Shown here in pieces: positions 52,601-64,000 of a DNA stretch of 64,000 nucleotides. Source of the DNA: Azolla caroliniana (Eukaryota > Plantae > Polypodiophyta); NCBI GenBank assembly GCA_043228905.1, contig JBHGNT010000018.1:2604001-2668000 (forward strand), read 5' to 3'. A program made the position numbers and the translations under genes. Numbering within the stretch: the first letter of the stretch is position 1; the number at the start of each line of letters is the position of its first letter. The notes under the pieces are model-generated. The model was not told the DNA's origin. It saw nothing but the letters and a program-made list of their open reading frames with translations, and made no database searches.

Positions 52601-55600
52601 AGAAACCTCCTTAAGCATGAACTGATCTTGAGGCATTATAGATTTGCATAAAAAGGCTACAGTCCAAACATCAACATGAACCAAAAAAAATAAAGAGAGC
52701 ATTTATTTTCTGGTATTGCCTGCCCCACTAGACAACAACATATATATGAGATCGCATGAACATCTCAAAAGACTTCATTTTTCCTCTAAAGAAATATTGG
52801 CCATGGCTTACTAATATTGACCTAATTCCTAGATCCATGGTATTGATAAATATATAGATAGATTAATATTGTTCACTCTCCTTGCACTTATAAGACCCAT
52901 CACAGAGCTGCAATTGAAGGGGATGGTGACAAATCTCTATTATCGACTGGTGAATAATCATCAGGTTGCTCTCTTGGTATTAGATTGGGGACTACCTTTT
53001 TGAAACTTGAGCAATGCAAGATCCATGGCTGCTCGTGCATCTTCTATGCTATTGTGGCCGACCTCTCCGCATTGAATTCTTCTTTGAAGAAAATGCAAAG
53101 CCAAAATCCTCAATGCAGGTTTGAACAACATACCACGCGGATGGCGATACAAAACCGTTGTATCGATTATCTTTTTATGCACAATTTTGAGAGCTGAAAG
53201 ATCGTTTTCCAAGGAGTGGCCTACAATTATAGTCTCAGCAGAGACAATCTTCAAAATTGTCCTCTGTCCGTAAGTCCAAGATTAACAGTTAGGTGCAAAT
53301 TTCAGAAGCAATTCCCTTTCAAGCAAATATAAATAACACACGAGCTTGCCTGCACATCTTTTAAAGTTGAAGTAACATTTTCCATCATTGCATGTGTTAT
53401 CCCACTATATCTGCATAAAATGGATCAAAGAAATACATTATAGTTGGTTTTTATATATTGCTGGAAATGTAACAAAAACAAGATGTTTTATCCCCACGTT
53501 CTAAAAAGTTTATCTTTGTTTTTTCTCTCTTCATAAAACTTATACCTAGTCCTACCATTAGGGAAAATCCAACTTTACAGACTTACGCAATAAAGATATT
53601 TCAAAAGTATCGTAAATGTTTGGTTATAGTACATGTAGGCAGATGAAGAAGAGCAATGGCCTCATCAATGTTCTATTTCATGTGGAACCCATGTGAATGC
53701 CCATGTAAATGCAATAAATGCACTAGTTTCATTGAATGATTGCCTTCAGTCCATCTACTTGCATTTTGTGTGATGATTTAACCATCATTTACACTTCGTG
53801 AACTCTGGAATTAACTCCAAGATTGAATCATTCATGTCATATAATCAGCATGTTTTAACACACGCCCATGCTACATACTTTTTCATGGACACAAGGATGA
53901 TAGGATATATGACACTGCAGCTGAATATTCTAAAACCTTCCTTGAACCTCAATATGGCCTCAGATGCAAGAGTTTCAGTTGAAATACGATAAATATTGGC
54001 TCATCCATAAATCATTTCAGGATATCCCAGGCTTAATAGATGACATTACAATGATGATTCTGCCTAATGAAAATTAGTTTGTGTTTTGTAACCTGTGAGA
54101 TCAAATAAACGTTTTTGCAAAAACAAATTATATCTCACAATCTTTTAGATATTGTTCACCCCAAAAAGGGGCAGTATGCAATCTTATCATTTATCAGACA
54201 GGCCACATCATATTGACATAATCTAAGATGCAGTAGTGCAAACATAATCCATAGTATCATGACTAAATGTTGAACCACATACCTTGTATTGTAGTCCAAA
54301 ATTGGAGTTGGTGGTTTTACCAATGAATCAAAAAGAACCTGTGTTAAAAAAACGTGCACATGAGAACTTTTTCTACAATTTGAAAACATTTAAAATAATC
54401 CTCACTTACCTTCCCCTGCTTATCTACCAAGGAAGCTCGTGTCAATTCCAGTCCGTTTTTGGTGTAGCACTAAAAATTACAAAATAAGAACCACTTAATG
54501 TCTCACAAAACCATAGTCAGAATTAAGACCCTTGATTTCTATTAAGTGGAACCCCTTGATTTGCTAAGTACTAATTCTATTTTGAATGTTTTACTATATG
54601 GTGTGTTATGCCCATTTATCATAACCCATTTATGCAGCTATCATTAACACTCAATTTCCAGCTTGAGTTGAGGCAAGAGGTTTATTGTTTGAGCATTTGG
54701 CAGATTGCATTCACCATTATGGTTAATTTGTGAGGTTCGCTCTTTAAATGTCAGTATTTTACTATCCCCTATGAATCACAATCATTTGTGAATACTTCAT
54801 ATTTTGTGTCTCCTTATTAGTAGGGACACTTGTTATATAAGTAGCATCTATTGAGATTAAAACCAATTGCTTTAATGATCCACTTGATACATTCAACATA
54901 AATGTTTACCACATCTACAAACTTTTGAGAAACTGACCATTTCACAGTCAATAGCAATTATCTCATGATCAGAAACTCCTGGCTGTGTTTGTACATAACC
55001 TAGACCATACATCACAGAGCATGATTAACTTGATGGAGAAATCGAGTAAACTTGCAACCAAATTGAAGGAAAATAATTACCATCATCACAAGCAGACAGA
55101 GGAAAGCTATGTTCTTGCATTTCAGCTTCTGTTAGTGTATAATATGACGCTGGAAACTGTGCCTGCCAGTCTTTTTCTAAACTTCCTGATTGTTAAGCAA
55201 TGAGGAGGTTTACGATCACATGCAAATCACCTATACATTACTACCAATTAAGGTTATAAATAGCATTTATATGTAGGAATTAAAAAGCATACATGCTACC
55301 TCCTTTGGCGAGTTCAGCCGTATTCTCTTGGAGCCCCCTTGGGCTATCGTTTTGATCGAGTTTCCGTGACTTCTTCTGTGGAAAACTTTCTTCACACGTG
55401 ACTTGTTGATGTGAAGCTGCCTGATCAGATGGTTTATGAAACAATGGTTTTGCACCCTGCAAAATTTATACAAAGTCCAAAACTCAATATAAATTTCTGG
55501 CAGAATGTGTGCATGCACTTATGGGTCATAGCTTGTTGATCACAATAGGCTAATCAATCACCTTTCCTGGAGCCCTTTTGTATTTCACTGTAAAAAACAA

Positions 55601-57594
55601 CTCAAGCATCTTGGCTGGATCCATTCTTGCACTGTGACACAAAATTTCAGCTTCTAACTCAAAAACCTCTTTCAAATGTGCAATGACAAGTATTATGGAA
55701 TGATTGAAATTTAAACCTTGGTGCTAGTAAGGCACGCGGTTTGCCACAACACCGAGTAAGATTTCCCAAGAGCTTTGTATATGACATATACATGGCCGCA
55801 TCAAGGCCAGGCACATATAGCATAACAAGCTTTGAAATCAACGGCTTGTTCTGTACAAGAAAATTTCGTATATAGAAAATATGATATTAAGAACTAAAGC
55901 TTGATATTTAAAAAAATCCTTATATAGCATAAAGTGAACACTTTTCATTTCCCCATTAAATCAAATTAGCAATTTGTTTTCTCAAGATTCATGAGTATAA
56001 GTCAATAAATATCATACGTTCAAATATATAAACATGAGTGTAGTGATAAAGCTAGTGCCTTCCGATCCAGGTTGAAGACTTGAGCACAAGATTTTGGCAT
56101 TGCTTGCATTCATTATAAATATTCTTTCATAGTTTCTGTTTGAGATCATGCATTCTCTTTCCAAAACAAAGGTTTCAGAAAAATGGAATTGCTTTTCATT
56201 CTCCTAAAAAGAAAATTCATACTTTTGGTTTAAGAAGAACAATTTGCTTTGAAAAGAAAGTGCTTTGAATATTAACTTTCCACAACCCAATGATTGGAAA
56301 ACCGTTTCATTGCCATTTAGAAGTCAGTGCTAGTAATTATCAAAGAAGAAGAAATCTATCTGGAAAAGTGTGTTGAAACAAAGGCAAATGATACTAGCAA
56401 ATGCCTCCTGGATAAATAATACTTGTATGAAAATGAATGTTTCTTGAGAGCTCTTGCTTACCTTGATGAAAACCCAACTTGGCATAGCCCCATCAGCAAG
56501 AACCCACCTCACGAGTCCTTGAATATCCTGTATGATAAACAACGTTATTTTACTAAACAATATCTTGCACAAATTAATTTAGCTTCTTATTCTCAAGGAG
56601 TTATGACGAAACATCCTATATTTATAAAATGACTATCTTCCAAAAGAATTTAGAACATTTCACAAACCTCATATAATCTTCATTTGTTAGGATTTATGAT
56701 TTCCCAAAAGCCTACATTGAAGATTTATGTATTTTCCATTTCTTAACAGAATCATCACACTCTTCAACAAAGAGCACCCAAATACCCCAAAATGTTTGGA
56801 CATCATCTGAATACCCCTAGGTTTTAAAAAATGATCAGAATACCTCTTCTCTCAAAATTTTACAACTAGAACGCAATGGCAATAGCTAGCAATCACAATC
56901 GCATTTGGATAGTGGATTGGAGCTCTTGAACCTTGGGGAGCTAGCATCAAGTGATCACCTACCCTTTGTTCTTTAAGATTTTTAGAGCTTTGAATGAGCA
57001 TTCTGATACCAAGTTCCTCGGTCATCAAAAAAGTATACTACTCCAAGAGAGCATCGTGGTATTCAGTTTTTATCTTAAGTATATTTAGGAATTTAGACTT
57101 ATTGAAAGTTTTCAAAAATTAATGGAATACTTCTTGCTCTGCGACGGGCGTTCAAAGGGCATTCTGATCAACTGAGAGACATTGTGGTGAAACATAAAAA
57201 AAAGTGCAGGTGTATTTTTGGAGTTGTTAGCGCCTAAGAAAAAATTAGGGTTTCTTTGAAAGGAGAAAAGGGAGATGAAAAGGACTTTAGGAAAACATGG
57301 TATTTGCAAACCTCAAATGTTAAGTTTGTGTGTTTATCTGGAGCTTTGAAAACGAGTTCTGCAAAGGCCTGCAAAATAGCCCATGTCAATGGAGTGGTAT
57401 AATACATTAAACGGCCATGCCATGGAGCAAGAAAAGGAGAGCAGGTGGAGAAATACCTGTGGGCCATAGACATCGAAGTAGCCTGGTGCCGCTTCATCTT
57501 CGGATGCATCACTGATTGATGAAGATGATGATGAAGATGAAGATGAAGATGAAGCAGAAGCAGAAGCAGAAGCAGAGGAAGGAGGAGGAGGCAT
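49697..57594 (-). CDS. SDN5: DEDDh 3'-5' exoribonuclease, small RNA degrading nuclease 5 / REXO1-like, about 15 exons
   Basis: Exons read YFDVYGPQ; [22 protein letters not shown]; [12 protein letters not shown]; [10 protein letters not shown]; IIAIDCEM (Exo I); [14 protein letters not shown]; VGHSLENDL (Exo II); [14 protein letters not shown] (Exo III); VVASGHGD. The stop follows KRKEKN. Confidence 0.88.
51160..51325. repeat. Three-copy intronic minisatellite
   Basis: GA.TATCTT.G.T.AATCATGTTT(T)GATAC occurs three times. Confidence 0.75.
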
Positions 57595-58377
57595 GGCGAC
57601 AAAGGCAAAGGACAGAAACAGAGCAGAAGGGAAGGGGGGCCTTTGATTCATGTAATACTTTGGGGGGGAGGTTTTGTGTATTTACAGAAATAGCCCCTGG
57701 GCTTTTCCAAAATTTCCTATTATACCCCTCCTTATGTATAAACTGTAATGAGATGCATGTTAGCTCCCCGATGACCACGTCTGGAAGCAGTAGAATGAAT
57801 GTCCTGGCTACACAGTGCTCTCGAGTTTTTCTTTTTTTTTCTTCCTAGGATGTGAGCGTGCCCACCATAGCCCTACCTTGGCCTCTCGACCACGGACAGA
57901 CAATTTGAACATGAAAAACCTTCCCCCCTTTGGTCTCAATGTAGCCCCAGACCCGAGTCTAGGGCCAGCGCTAAAAGCCTACACTCTCCCTTGCTCAGCC
58001 TCGAGTCGGTAGGAATCAATGTACGATAAGAAGTTTGGGTCTGTCCGTGTGGAGCCGTGCAAGCCTTATTGGTGATGATTCACTCTCTATCAAGTGATGT
58101 TGGTGCCTATTCCTATCTCGGGTCATCCCTAATACCTAATATATGTTGTATGTCGAATTTCACCCCTCAACCATGCTTGACCCTCTTGTTGTTGAGACCA
58201 GTGAGCGTGGGTGTCAATCACTAGCCAATTGCTAACACGTAGGCTAACTACTAATGTGAACATCTTGCCTTACTCTGCAATTTAATCACTTGTTGTGCAT
58301 GAGTAGCTTTCTCTATAATATATATATATGTAGGGATGAGATTTTGTATATACTAATTCCATAGTTATATCACTTAT

Positions 58378-58455
58378 GATGAGTTAGTACAATAGTAAGG
58401 CTTGGAATTGTTAACATAGAGGTATAGGGTTTGAATCTTGCCTTGTGCATGTAAC
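58378..58455 (+). repeat. Degenerate tRNA-derived (SINE-head-like) repeat; second copy ~60057-60135
   Basis: A-box-like TAGTACAAT.GTAAG, a central ATTGTTAAC and B-box GGTT(C/T)GAATC. The two copies are clearly homologous. Confidence 0.55.
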
Positions 58456-59119
58456 CTACATTTTAACATTTTCTTCTATTTCTTCATACTTATTCAATCG
58501 AGTACTCCTTATGCATTCCACGTAGTGTACAAAATACACTGTGACAACTTCTTGGACATTTTTCATCATGCACTGATTGATGAGATATATGGTTTGACAG
58601 TCATAATGTGGAGAGTGCACATGAGAAAATGAGTTAGACTAAAAATATATAAAGGATACTAAGGTCAAAACTATGAAAAGAAGGTCATGGGACAATACGA
58701 AGTTAGAGACAACAAAAACATACCTAAGTTGACAAGAGCTTAGCTTAGATTAGGAGTAGAAGGTCAAGGGTTTGAGTCTTGTTTGAACTATGAGAGATCA
58801 AGCATACATTGATGGGATGAATTAGAGGAATGCAAATGGAATTGCATGCAAAGATGAAAAAGGCGAGGAAAAAGCAACATGCATGCAAAAAAGAGGATTA
58901 CTATTTTTATTTGCATGAGGATCTCTATAGGCCTATAAAAGTACAAGAAAGCTCATTCCGAGGGTTGGATTTTGGATCAAGGCAAATACGTTGTTAGAAT
59001 CTCGAACGAGCTCCAAGTAGTGAACCAAGAGGGTGTTCAAGATAACCTACAACAAGAGGCAATGAAGATGTCTCACCGAACCCAATACATCGTCACTTTT
59101 ATATCAAGGTTCAATCCAA

Positions 59120-59997
59120 TAGGGATCGACAACGGTTCGGTTTAGGCTTAGTCAGTTTGGCCTTATCCAAGCCAAACTGGTTAAGCCTAAACCATTTTAG
59201 GGTTCTCAAACCAAAATCAAACAAATCCAAATTGATCCCTAAACTGGTTTGGCTTAATCCGATTTGGGAACCGATTTGAAAATATATAAGCAGAAGCTAG
59301 GAGTGACACCAATGTCAGTGGAGGCCAAGAATTAGTATGGAAAGGAGTCCCATCCCCATCCCAACCCTAAGCTTCAGCCTAAACTTGAGCTCGATCCCAA
59401 CCCTACGCCCGAGCTCGAGCCTCATTTGGCGATGTCCTTGGGTCACACTCATTCTAACACACTATATTCTTGTTATTAGGTTTTAGTTCCATTTTTACAC
59501 ACACATTTTCCTTAAGAAAAAGAGAGGAGGAAGAGGTTTTTTATTGAAATAGTAGAAATCCTCCTCCTCCTCCTCCTCTTCTTTAAACCCTCGCCACAAC
59601 CCTACTTCCTATCTCTGCTCCCCTTGCTCCCCCACCCACCCACCCACGGACACAGCCGCAAACATTGAGTGATGACGACGAAGGAAAACACACAGCCATG
59701 GCCAAGAGTCTTCACTCTCTAGCAATGATGAAGATACTCTTATGAGGATCCCCCCTCCCTTCTACCTCTGTTGCTCGTTTCTCCACCTTTGTTGCTTGTT
59801 TCTCTAGAGCTCCCTTCCCTTAGCCCGTCTCTAACCTAATTAAATCACATAAATGGATTTGCCAGTTTGAGCCGGTTATGCAAGGCTCAAGCCAAGCCGA
59901 GGCGAGCTCAAACCGTTTAGGCAAGCTTAAGGCTAAGATGAGCCAACAAGCCGTTTTAAACCGTTTTAGGCTTGAGCTGAGCCGTTGCCGATCCCTA
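59120..59997. mobile_element. Non-autonomous hAT DNA transposon (878 bp)
   Basis: TIRs TAGGGATCGACAACGG / CCGTTGCCGATCCCTA, a perfect 8-bp TSD CAATCCAA (59112-59119, 59998-60005) and subterminal AAACC/GGTTT repeats. Confidence 0.93.
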
Positions 59998-61181
59998 CAA
60001 TCCAATTCATAATCTAAATTTAGGGCATGTTATGTTGCAATATATATTAAACCCATGATGAGTTAGTACAATGTTAAGGCTTAGGATTGTTAACGTGGAG
60101 GTACAAGGTTCGAATCTTGTCCTGTATATGTAATATGTTTATTTTAGGCATTCCAAGGGAGTATATAGATACATTACAAAAGTCAAGAATATGCCAAATC
60201 ATTGATTACCACATCTTGCTTGGAATGTTGGATGTAAGCTACAAAAGAATCATAAGAGTAAGATTCTCTCATCAGATAGGGTTGTTGACATAAGGAAATG
60301 GTTTAGAAGATGGGGTGTGGATGATCTTTTAGAGGTTTCGGGCGATGTCATGCATTATCTAACGATTGAGGAAAGGTTGGTGGAATCATTAAGGATGAAG
60401 TGGGAAGATGCTAAGAGGACAAAGTTAGAATACTATGTAGGATCTATGTATCGATGGAGTTAACTCCTCGATGTCGTTTGCATAGTTCAGACCGGCGTAT
60501 GCCCTTTTGATGGTGAATCGGGCAAAGATGGTTGTCGGACACCTCTGAGCCTCACACTCACTTAATGATTAATAGATGATTAAGCACAATATCTCTCTCA
60601 CTCTCGCTCTCATAGACAATAGGGTAATGAATATAGACAATAAGAGTAATGAATATGTTTATTAACCCTCTTTGCTAAGAGGTCTAGCACCAACAAGGAA
60701 GAGAGATTAGTGTTTTCTAACTAAACACCTCACTAATCTCTCTTAAGCTTAAAGGTTACAAGGAGGAGAGGAAGCTCTAACTCTTAATCAATAGGGAGAT
60801 CTTTACAAATGGAAGAACCCTTATAAAGTCACCACCATGTGGTTTATATAGCATTTACATTTAGGGTATGGACCTTTCACACTTGGATGTCCCTTAGCCC
60901 TCTTTTCTCTTGCCATTCCCTCTTCGTAGGTCCTTTAACCATACTACGTCCTTGTTGATGCGCTCTTCTTCATTACCGGTCGTGGTGCGATCCAAGCGCT
61001 TAACATCTCCCCCAACCTAATGAGTGCACACTCCCGGGTGCATTGTGGGAAGGGAGCTTTGGGCGTTGGGGGTGAGAAGGATAGAGTAGGGGGGTTCGTC
61101 GGGGGGTGGTCGTCAGCGAAGATGGTGGCGATGGCGTTGGTGGAGGTGGTGTCACCGATTTGGGCGATGGCGCTATAATGG

Positions 61182-61655
61182 TCATGGAGGTGAGGGGGGG
61201 ATTTCGGTGAAACGCCAACCTTCGCGTCTGGAATACTCGGAGTAGGCGGCGGGGATGATGTTGGGGACGACGCTAGGGGCCTTCGTGGTGCGGAAGGGAA
61301 TGCCATCCACCGGCAAATGGAGCTTAGTGCAAACATCGACGACGTTGAATTGGAACTCGAAAGGGGTAGCATCCGTGAAGGCATGGATGCAAACGTGGCC
61401 GGTATCGGGGTTGTATCCTGTGAGGAACCAACTAACCAGCTTGGGAAGTACACCCCAAGGGCCAATCCCGAGGAAAAACTTGAGGCCTAGTCGGGAAAGG
61501 GTGTCAAAAACATCAAGCTCGCGGCACTTGAGTTGCATAACGGCAATGGGTACTCGATAGGTGTTTTTGAACTCGGCTTCAATTACCAAGGAGCCACAAC
61601 CAACATCGGGGTAGTATGCGTGGAGGAGCTTGGTGAATGGGTTGGACGCCATCAA
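61182..61655 (-). CDS. Retroelement accessory ORF, possibly plant-mobile-domain (PMD)-like
   Basis: A 157-aa ORF preceded by a CTAGCAG acceptor. FNVVDVCTKLHLPVDG resembles the PMD motif ITL.DV..LLGLP.DG. The resemblance was judged by eye only. Confidence 0.4.
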   Translation of the reverse strand: MMASNPFTKLLHAYYPDVGCGSLVIEAEFKNTYRVPIAVMQLKCRELDVFDTLSRLGLKFFLGIGPWGVLPKLVSWFLTGYNPDTGHVCIHAFTDATPFEFQFNVVDVCTKLHLPVDGIPFRTTKAPSVVPNIIPAAYSEYSRREGWRFTEIPPSPP

Positions 61656-61899
61656 TTATAACCTGCTAGGAAAAAGATTAGTATAGCCATATGGGGGTGT
61701 ACCAATTCTTACACTACCCTGCCCGTGTCTAGGCAACAATATGACTAATGATGTTGTATTTACCTATTGATGTGAAGGATTTATTGTGATTAGTTATAAA
61801 TATTAGAATTGAAAGTAGGATGAGGTGTTTTGAGGGATAACGATATTTAGATGTATATTTTAGAGGGACTTACGGGTTAGTGTCCAGGTTGTGTCTAAA

Positions 61900-62040
61900 C
61901 CCTCTCTTCGAACCGGGGAGGGGTTCGAAGAGTCCCTCTCCTCGAACCGAGGAGGGGTTCGAAGAGGGCCTCTCCTCAAACTGGGGCGGGTTCGAACCGG
62001 GAAGAGGAGCTCTCTTTGAACCGGAGAGGGGTTTAAAGAG
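61900..62040. repeat. Short repeat cluster (TTCGAACCG / GGGGTTCGAA)
   Basis: Repeated GAACCG..GAGGGGTTCGAAGAG units. Confidence 0.6.
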
Positions 62041-63049
62041 AGCTGTGAGGGGAGGCAACGAGGCCGCGCATGAAGCAGCCAGATGCGACCGCCAACGACA
62101 AGAGGGCGGTGGAAACGACGCGATAGTCGTCGTGGCCACCATAGGAGGTGGTTAGGGTTGTGGTGTTGGCAGGGGCCGAGAGCGCAGGAAGAGTGAGCAA
62201 AAAATAGATTATTAGACCTACCCGAGGAGGAGGCGGTGGCAAGAAGCGGGGCTCTGAAGGTGGGGGGGAGGGCGATGAAACACAAAATGAGGGAAGCGTA
62301 CAACGCGAGAGGGGTTGGAGCGCAATCACAGAGGGAGGAGGAAGAGCGGTGAAGGAGAAGAAAGAGTCGTGAGGGGGAAAGAGGAGTGGGGAAAGGAAGG
62401 CAAAAAAGAGAGGACCTAAAATTACCATGCAAAATAATATGTAAAAGAATGAGACGAACAAAAATAGATAGACCACAAGTAGAAATAATCGCCCGGGGTG
62501 CCCCTAAAATTAAAGGGTAACTCCAAGATTTTAAATACTAATACTTATACTGAAAAAATTTAAAATTGCGGGCGGGGATTATTGTCTACCGAGCACGATA
62601 ACGGAGGTCGGGGGAGAAGATAGGCCGAGTAGTCGCTGAACGGAGTGACATAAGGTAGGGGGAGGGGTTAACAGGGTTTGGGGTGGGCCAAGGTTTATAT
62701 GCGGACAGTAGGGTGGGACGGGAGTCCACCAGGGGTTTCGTGAGAGTTTGGGAAATTTAGGGGTTTTTCGGTGGAATTGAGGGGGCGGGTGTGGGGTGTG
62801 TGGGGAAAAGGGGGGCATGTGAAGTAGTTTTATGGGGCATTCAACCTCCTAGTTGTTGAGTCTGGTCGGGTCTATGGCCTTAACCTGGGCGGGGTATTTG
62901 GCCGATGTGTGCAGTTGTCGGTTGTCCCGTGCAGTCATGGTATGGTTGCGGGTGGGAAGTGGCTTCGTTTCGGGACCTAGAAGCTAGTGGCACCTTTGTG
63001 CCAACCTTGGGCGTTTGTGAGTGCTTTTCTGACTTGCCAAATAGCACGT

Positions 63050-63760
63050 TGTCGCGTATTTCCATGCGTGCGTGTAGAATAAGGCGGGACCACGGGGGTC
63101 TTGGACTAGGGAGTACATGGGAAGACGGGTATGAGCAAAGTGGAAGAGATTACCACGGTAGAGAAAGTAGAAAGAGACAAGGTTTAAGAAGTTATGTATA
63201 TTATGGGCATGAAAGCCTCAATGCGATTACAACTGCGGCCGCGTGGGCCGGACTCAAAACATCAGTAGAATGTAAACCCTAATCGGATAAGTAAAGAAAG
63301 AAATGAAGAAACCCTAAAAGAAACCCTGGACCTAAGTGGTATACCTCTTCTCACTCAAAATAGGCAACCCCTTCAATGGTGCCCCTTCCTCTCCCTTTAT
63401 AGCATAAGGAGAGAAAGCCGTTACAAAAAGGGAGAGCCTAAATATCCCATTCATTCAATGGGGGATATTTGCTTAGATTCTTGGGGGAGGGATTGATGGG
63501 GCCTTAACTCCCACTCCTCACACATACTACCATGCCCATTACTCACCTCGTACTCCTATGTACCCCTCTCTTTCTCATGTGGATATGCACATAAGTGCAC
63601 ATCACATTTATATTTTAGGAATCTTGTGGTGCATTTCTTACAATTTGTATTTGTTCTTATTAATATTTTACAAAAATGTCATGTGCGTGTGCAACGTTGC
63701 ACACCCCGGTTTTGCTCACTCCGCTCGGTTTTCCCCCTATGGACGAAAATCTTCACAACA
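63050..63760 (-). mobile_element. Solo LTR (711 bp) of the A/B gypsy family
   Basis: The left end TGTCGCGT..GTGTAGAA..GGACCACGGGGGTCTTGGAC matches B's LTR at 16133. The right end CCTATGG.CGA...TCTTCACAACA matches B's CTTCACGACA. There is a perfect 4-bp TSD ACGT (63046-63049, 63761-63764). Confidence 0.88.
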
Positions 63761-64000
63761 ACGTTCTCCGCGGTGTGGTCCTTCGGCAATGTGATGTGGA
63801 ACCATCGAAGCCACGGAAGTTGTCGTTGCATACTTCGAGGTTCGGGCAACCTAGATGTCCCCATGTTTCGAAGGAGAAAAGGGTTAGTGATGCTCCAGTG
63901 TCGATTACCGCCATTAAATGGCACGTCGTCAACGAAGCATGGTAGGTGCATCATCATGTCATTAGAGTCAACCGCCTTAGCCATAGCTGCTAAGTGGGTG

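Larger units (their letters stand above)
60530..64000 (-). mobile_element. Internally deleted Ty3/gypsy-type LTR element: protease remnant (~63800-63960), extra ORF 61182-61655, PPT at 61006-61013 and 3' LTR starting at 61005 (left edge uncertain)
   Basis: The minus strand gives AVIDTGASLTLFS..W.HLG.P.L..FRGFDG (retropepsin) and the GGGGGAGA|TGTTAAG PPT/LTR junction. No RT is recognisable between them. Confidence 0.6.

Noticed and set aside
57001-57012. iMet PBS-like TCTGATACCA in an SDN5 intron
   Set aside because: No adjacent LTR terminus or coding remnant could be identified.
60057-60135. Functional tRNA-Asn gene
   Set aside because: The acceptor stem and D-arm do not pair convincingly, so it is treated as a tRNA-derived repeat.

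Overview
This is plant nuclear DNA. Spliced genes, PLS-type PPR remnants and the retroelement types suggest a seed-free land plant such as a fern, which is an inference. Positions 1-17.2 kb are a nested LTR-retrotransposon stack. A degenerate chromovirus-like Ty3/gypsy element (C) carries a Ty1/copia insertion and a GC-rich, tRNA-Trp-primed Ty3/gypsy element (B). A related full-length element (A) sits in B's 3' LTR in the opposite orientation. After this come a PPR pseudogene, a LINE fragment and four host genes: an R2R3-MYB, a PHAX-domain gene, an NOL/NYC1-like SDR and an SDN5/REXO1-like DEDDh exonuclease. The window ends with an intact hAT-type non-autonomous element, a deleted gypsy element with an extra ORF, and a solo LTR of the A/B family. 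The main leads are: (1) all three A/B-family insertions have 4-bp target duplications centred on a CpG (ACGY); (2) A and B share a G_GAU_UUU slippery site and a covarying pseudoknot between Gag-protease and RT; (3) the MYB gene's introns appear to have arisen by tandem duplication of a coding unit containing a GTAAGA proto-donor; (4) the SDR has HxxxK in place of the catalytic YxxxK. All coordinates and comparisons were read by eye, and no database searches were run.
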